NCBI GenBank assembly: GCA_019348255.1 | Contig: JAHWJU010000001.1 | Coordinates: 2,900 to 66,899 of the forward strand | From: Actinomycetota bacterium | Lineage (GTDB): Bacteria; Actinomycetota; Acidimicrobiia; Acidimicrobiales; CADCTF01 | Length of the DNA stretch: 64,000 bases | Direction: 5' to 3' | Shown: piece by piece, positions 61,400 through 64,000 of the stretch | How the letters are laid out: each line of letters starts with the position of its first letter | Position numbering within the stretch: the first letter of the stretch is position 1 | Program-made: the position numbers and the translations under genes | Notes under the pieces: model-generated | Database searches by the model: none | What the model was told of the DNA's origin: nothing | Seen by the model: only the letters and a program-made list of their open reading frames with translations

Positions 61400-61768
61400 C
61401 TAGCAGGCTGTCTGGGCGAGCCCGGCGCCGGGGCGGAGGCTCCAGATCTCGGCGGCATTGTTGGTGTGGGAGCCCTGGATGCAGTAGGTGTCGGTGGTGG
61501 CGGTGGGCACGGAGACGGTCACGTCCGGCGAGGTCGTGGGTGCCGGCGCATTTTCGTAGGTGCCGGTGTCGGTGAGCTGGGTCTCCATGACGATGGCGTG
61601 GTTGCGCAGGTCGGACTGCACCGCGCCCCGCCAGCCGCGCTGGCGCTGGTTCAAGAACACCGGGATGGCCACCGCGGCGAGGATGCCGATGATGATCACC
61701 ACCACCAGCAACTCGATCAGGGTGAAGCCCTCCTGTCGCCTCCGCGACCGGTCTATCCGTTCAATCAT
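61400..61768 (-). CDS. pilA: Type IV pilin precursor
   Basis: The class III signal is 'MIERIDRSRRRQEG|FTLIELLVVVIIIGILAAVAIPVF'. The C-terminal Cys pair is 'YCIQG...QTAC'. 'GAGGAGG' lies upstream of the ATG. Confidence 0.9.
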   Translation of the reverse strand: MIERIDRSRRRQEGFTLIELLVVVIIIGILAAVAIPVFLNQRQRGWRGAVQSDLRNHAIVMETQLTDTGTYENAPAPTTSPDVTVSVPTATTDTYCIQGSHTNNAAEIWSLRPGAGLAQTAC

Positions 61769-61850
61769 GGTGCACTACCTCCTCGATGACGACGCCTTCC
61801 GTGTTGCCGGCTGAAGCAAGTACGGAGCCGTCGGCCCAGGGATGCGCGGC

Positions 61851-62474
61851 TCACCCGTAGCAGGCGACGAGCACGAGGGCGTCGTCGTCGCTCCTGGCAT
61901 ACCCGTGATGCAAACGCCGGGCCGAGAGGTTCACCGGCAGGGACGGGTCGGCAGCGTCGAGGCACGGTCCGGCCATCCCGTCGGTGGCCGCCACCAGCAC
62001 TCCTCCCGGTGGCAGCGCAAGGGTGGAGTCGCGCAGCGCCGGCAGGCGGTGGCCCACGATCCCACCGCGCAGTGGCACCGACCACCGGGTGAGCGACTCC
62101 CTACGGCGACCCCGCGTGAGGACCGCGGCGTCGACGTTTCCCACCGCTGCCCACACCAGCCGCCGGTGGTCCGAATCGACCTCCACGAGCGTTACGGCTG
62201 CGCCCCGCGAGCCTTGCAGGGCCCGGTGGCAGGCGTTGAGGGCGGTCACCGGCGGCTGCCCCGCCGTACGCCGCAGCGATGCCACGGCCAGCTCGGCGAC
62301 GTCTGCCGCCTCGTCACCGTGACCCAGGGCGTCGACCACGGTGACGCGGGCACCGGTTTCGGTGGCGGAGACCAGGAAGGCGTCGCCGGAGCGCCGCTGG
62401 CCCGGGTAGGCGGTGCTGCACGCAGCCCACTCCAGCGGGCCGCACCGTCCCTGGTGGAGGACCGGCTCAACCAC
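61851..62474 (-). CDS. rsbX: PP2C/SpoIIE-type phosphatase (RsbX-like)
   Basis: 'SGDAFLVSATETGARVTVVDALGHGDEAADVA' and 'GGVLVAATDGM' are present. It is the last gene of the rsbR-S-T-X string. Confidence 0.75.
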   Translation of the reverse strand: MVEPVLHQGRCGPLEWAACSTAYPGQRRSGDAFLVSATETGARVTVVDALGHGDEAADVAELAVASLRRTAGQPPVTALNACHRALQGSRGAAVTLVEVDSDHRRLVWAAVGNVDAAVLTRGRRRESLTRWSVPLRGGIVGHRLPALRDSTLALPPGGVLVAATDGMAGPCLDAADPSLPVNLSARRLHHGYARSDDDALVLVACYG

Positions 62475-62892
62475 GCCGGTCGGCCCACTTGCACATGGTC
62501 ACGGTGGTGCCCCTGCCCACCTCGGAATCGATCTCCATGCTGTCCATGAGGCGCCGGGCGCCGCTCAGGCCGACACCGAGGCTGCCGGCGGTGGAGTAGC
62601 CCTCGGTGAGCGCCTGTTCGACGTCGGCGATGCCCGGGCCCTCGTCGCTGGCGACCGCCACCAGCCCCCAGCGCCCGTCGCACCGCTGCGCCCGCAGCAC
62701 GATCTCGCCGCTGCCGGCGTAGACGACGATGTTGCGGGCGATCTCCGACACGGCGGTGGCGATCACCGTCTGGTTGGTGCGCGAGAACCCCACGGCGCTC
62801 GCCATCTCCTTGGCCCGTGACCGGGCGGCGACGATGTCGGCGTCACCGTTCACGGCGATGGACGCTTCACCCAGGCCTTCACCAGGCGGCAT
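62467..62892 (-). CDS. rsbT: Anti-sigma regulatory Ser/Thr kinase (RsbT-like, HATPase_c_2)
   Basis: 'VIATAVSEIARNIVVYAGSGEIVL', 'VASDEGPGIADVEQAL' and 'GLSGARRLMDSMEIDSEVGRGTTVTM' are present. Confidence 0.8.
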   Translation of the reverse strand: MPPGEGLGEASIAVNGDADIVAARSRAKEMASAVGFSRTNQTVIATAVSEIARNIVVYAGSGEIVLRAQRCDGRWGLVAVASDEGPGIADVEQALTEGYSTAGSLGVGLSGARRLMDSMEIDSEVGRGTTVTMCKWADRRG

Positions 62893-63247
62893 CAGCGACT
62901 CCGCGCCCTCGAAGCTGCGCCAGGCCCTCGTCGAGGTCCAAGGCGGTGCTCACGCCGTCGAGACTCAGGCCCAGCTGGACCATGGCGAAGGCGACCTCGG
63001 GTTGGATGCCGACGACCACCGTCTCCGCTCCGCGGACCCGCACCGTGGAGGTGATGGTGGACAGGGTGCGGGTGGCGAAGGAGTCGATGACGTCGAGCAC
63101 AGTGACGTCGATGACCACGCCCCCCACCCCCGTCTCGCCCACCTTTTCGGCCAGGCGCGCCTGCAGGTCGTGCAGCTCGGCGTCGCTGAGCGCGTCCTGC
63201 ACCGAGGCGATCAAGCACGCACCCTGGCGGAGGATGGGCACCTTCAC
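62879..63247 (-). CDS. rsbS: STAS-domain stressosome scaffold protein (RsbS-like)
   Basis: 'KVPILRQGACLIASVQDALSDAELHDLQ', 'VVIDVTVLDVIDSFATRTL' and 'ETVVVGIQPEVAFAMVQLGL' are present. The start forms a GTGA overlap with rsbR. Confidence 0.8.
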   Translation of the reverse strand: MKVPILRQGACLIASVQDALSDAELHDLQARLAEKVGETGVGGVVIDVTVLDVIDSFATRTLSTITSTVRVRGAETVVVGIQPEVAFAMVQLGLSLDGVSTALDLDEGLAQLRGRGVADAAW

Positions 63248-64000
63248 GGGGCGGTCGGGCGAGCGTCGTCGACCCGGACCACCCGCAGCCCGAGCAGTCG
63301 GTCGGCCTCGTCGACGCCTCCCTGGAGGTCGCTCACCGTGGTGACGTTGGCGAGGTCGATGCCGAGGCCCACCAGGGTCTGGGCGATCTCAGGGGACACC
63401 CCGGTGACGATGGCCCTGGCCCCCATGAGGCGGGCGGCGTCGACGGTCTGGATCAGGTGATTGGCGACCCGGGAGTCGACCACCGCCACGCCGGTGATGT
63501 CGAGGACCACCACCCTGCCCCGCCGGGTGCGGATGGCCTCCAGGAGTTGCTCGGTGAGCTGCTGGGCCCGGCGAGCGTCGAGGATGCCGACGACGGGGAG
63601 GATGAGCAGCCCCTGGCGCAGCTGCAGCACCGGCGTCGACAGGTGCTCGAGCTCTTGTTGCTGGACCCGGATGGTCCGATCCCGCTCGAAGACGTAGGCG
63701 TCGATGGCCAAGCCGAGGTCGAGGAACATGACCTTGGCCAGCGCCCGTTGCAGTTGCTGCATCTCCCCGGCGCCGCCCCGTAGCTCCCGGATTCGCTTCG
63801 CCACCTCCTGCAGGTAGAACAGGTAGGCAGCGAGGTACCAGCTGACGTCGGAGGAGACATTCTCGTGCAGGGCGTCCACCATGGCCAGGCGTCGCTCGAC
63901 GAAGGCCTCGCCCAGGCCGTCGGCGTTGGTGAGCTCGCCGAAGTAGTCGCGCAACAGCTTCCGGCTGTGGTCGAGCGGAGGGGCCGCCCCTTTGCCGTCG
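63244..64000 (-). CDS. rsbR: RsbR-like stressosome sensor protein (globin-like N-domain + STAS); 5' end outside the window
   Basis: The STAS part has 'STPVLQLRQGLLILPVVGILDARRAQQLTEQLL...VVVLDITGVAVVDSRVANHLIQT...AIVTGVSPEIAQTLVGLG'. The N-part 'WYLAAYLFYLQEVAKRI...KVMFLDLGLAIDAYV' is globin-coupled-sensor-like. The frame stays open to base 64000. Confidence 0.8.
   Translation of the reverse strand, partial: DGKGAAPPLDHSRKLLRDYFGELTNADGLGEAFVERRLAMVDALHENVSSDVSWYLAAYLFYLQEVAKRIRELRGGAGEMQQLQRALAKVMFLDLGLAIDAYVFERDRTIRVQQQELEHLSTPVLQLRQGLLILPVVGILDARRAQQLTEQLLEAIRTRRGRVVVLDITGVAVVDSRVANHLIQTVDAARLMGARAIVTGVSPEIAQTLVGLGIDLANVTTVSDLQGGVDEADRLLGLRVVRVDDARPTAP

Overview
This is a very GC-rich, gene-dense bacterial chromosome segment. 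It looks actinobacterial: frequent GTG/TTG starts, 4-nt start/stop overlaps, LAxTG anchors, a DUF4012 protein and a fused Wzz/BY-kinase. All family calls come from motif recognition by eye on the supplied translations. No searches were run.

Layout:
(1) 1-1657: 3' end of a sensor kinase plus an ECF sigma gene.
(2) 1.8-15.7 kb: a Wzx/Wzy-type exopolysaccharide locus.
(3) 15.7-19.1 kb: a small regulatory island with a ZAS anti-sigma factor, an LAxTG protein, a REC protein with a His-less DHp-like domain, a KdpE-like regulator with Glu at the phospho-acceptor position, and a second, partly identical ECF sigma copy.
(4) 19.2-25.4 kb: a secreted glycoside hydrolase with three 128-aa repeats, a TolB-like propeller, a GT4 and a repeat-containing coiled-coil protein.
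(5) 25.5-34.7 kb: a divergent locus built on three paralogous GT-B-like proteins (one fused to an APH-type kinase), plus an AlkP-family enzyme, a GT2 and a BNR-4-like protein.
(6) 34.8-51.4 kb: a minus-strand operon of eight intact genes whose junctions are almost all 4-nt overlaps. It runs aminotransferase, small phosphoglycosyl transferase, GH+GT2 membrane synthase, ABC exporter, multidomain glycosyltransferases, sulfotransferases, and ends in a decayed sulfotransferase.
(7) 52-57.7 kb: a decayed zone holding a multiply frameshifted NfeD gene, an IS110-like tail, an unannotated small secreted Cys peptide with a strong hairpin, and truncated regulator, membrane-protein and pilD fragments.
(8) 57.7-61.8 kb: type IV pilus genes pilA-pilM-pilN-pilO plus a Pro-rich PilP-like gene.
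(9) 61.9-64.0 kb: a stressosome module rsbR-S-T-X.

The most interesting candidates are the two linked glycan-modification loci (25.5-51.4 kb) and the ~100-aa module they share. No rRNA, tRNA or CRISPR array was seen.
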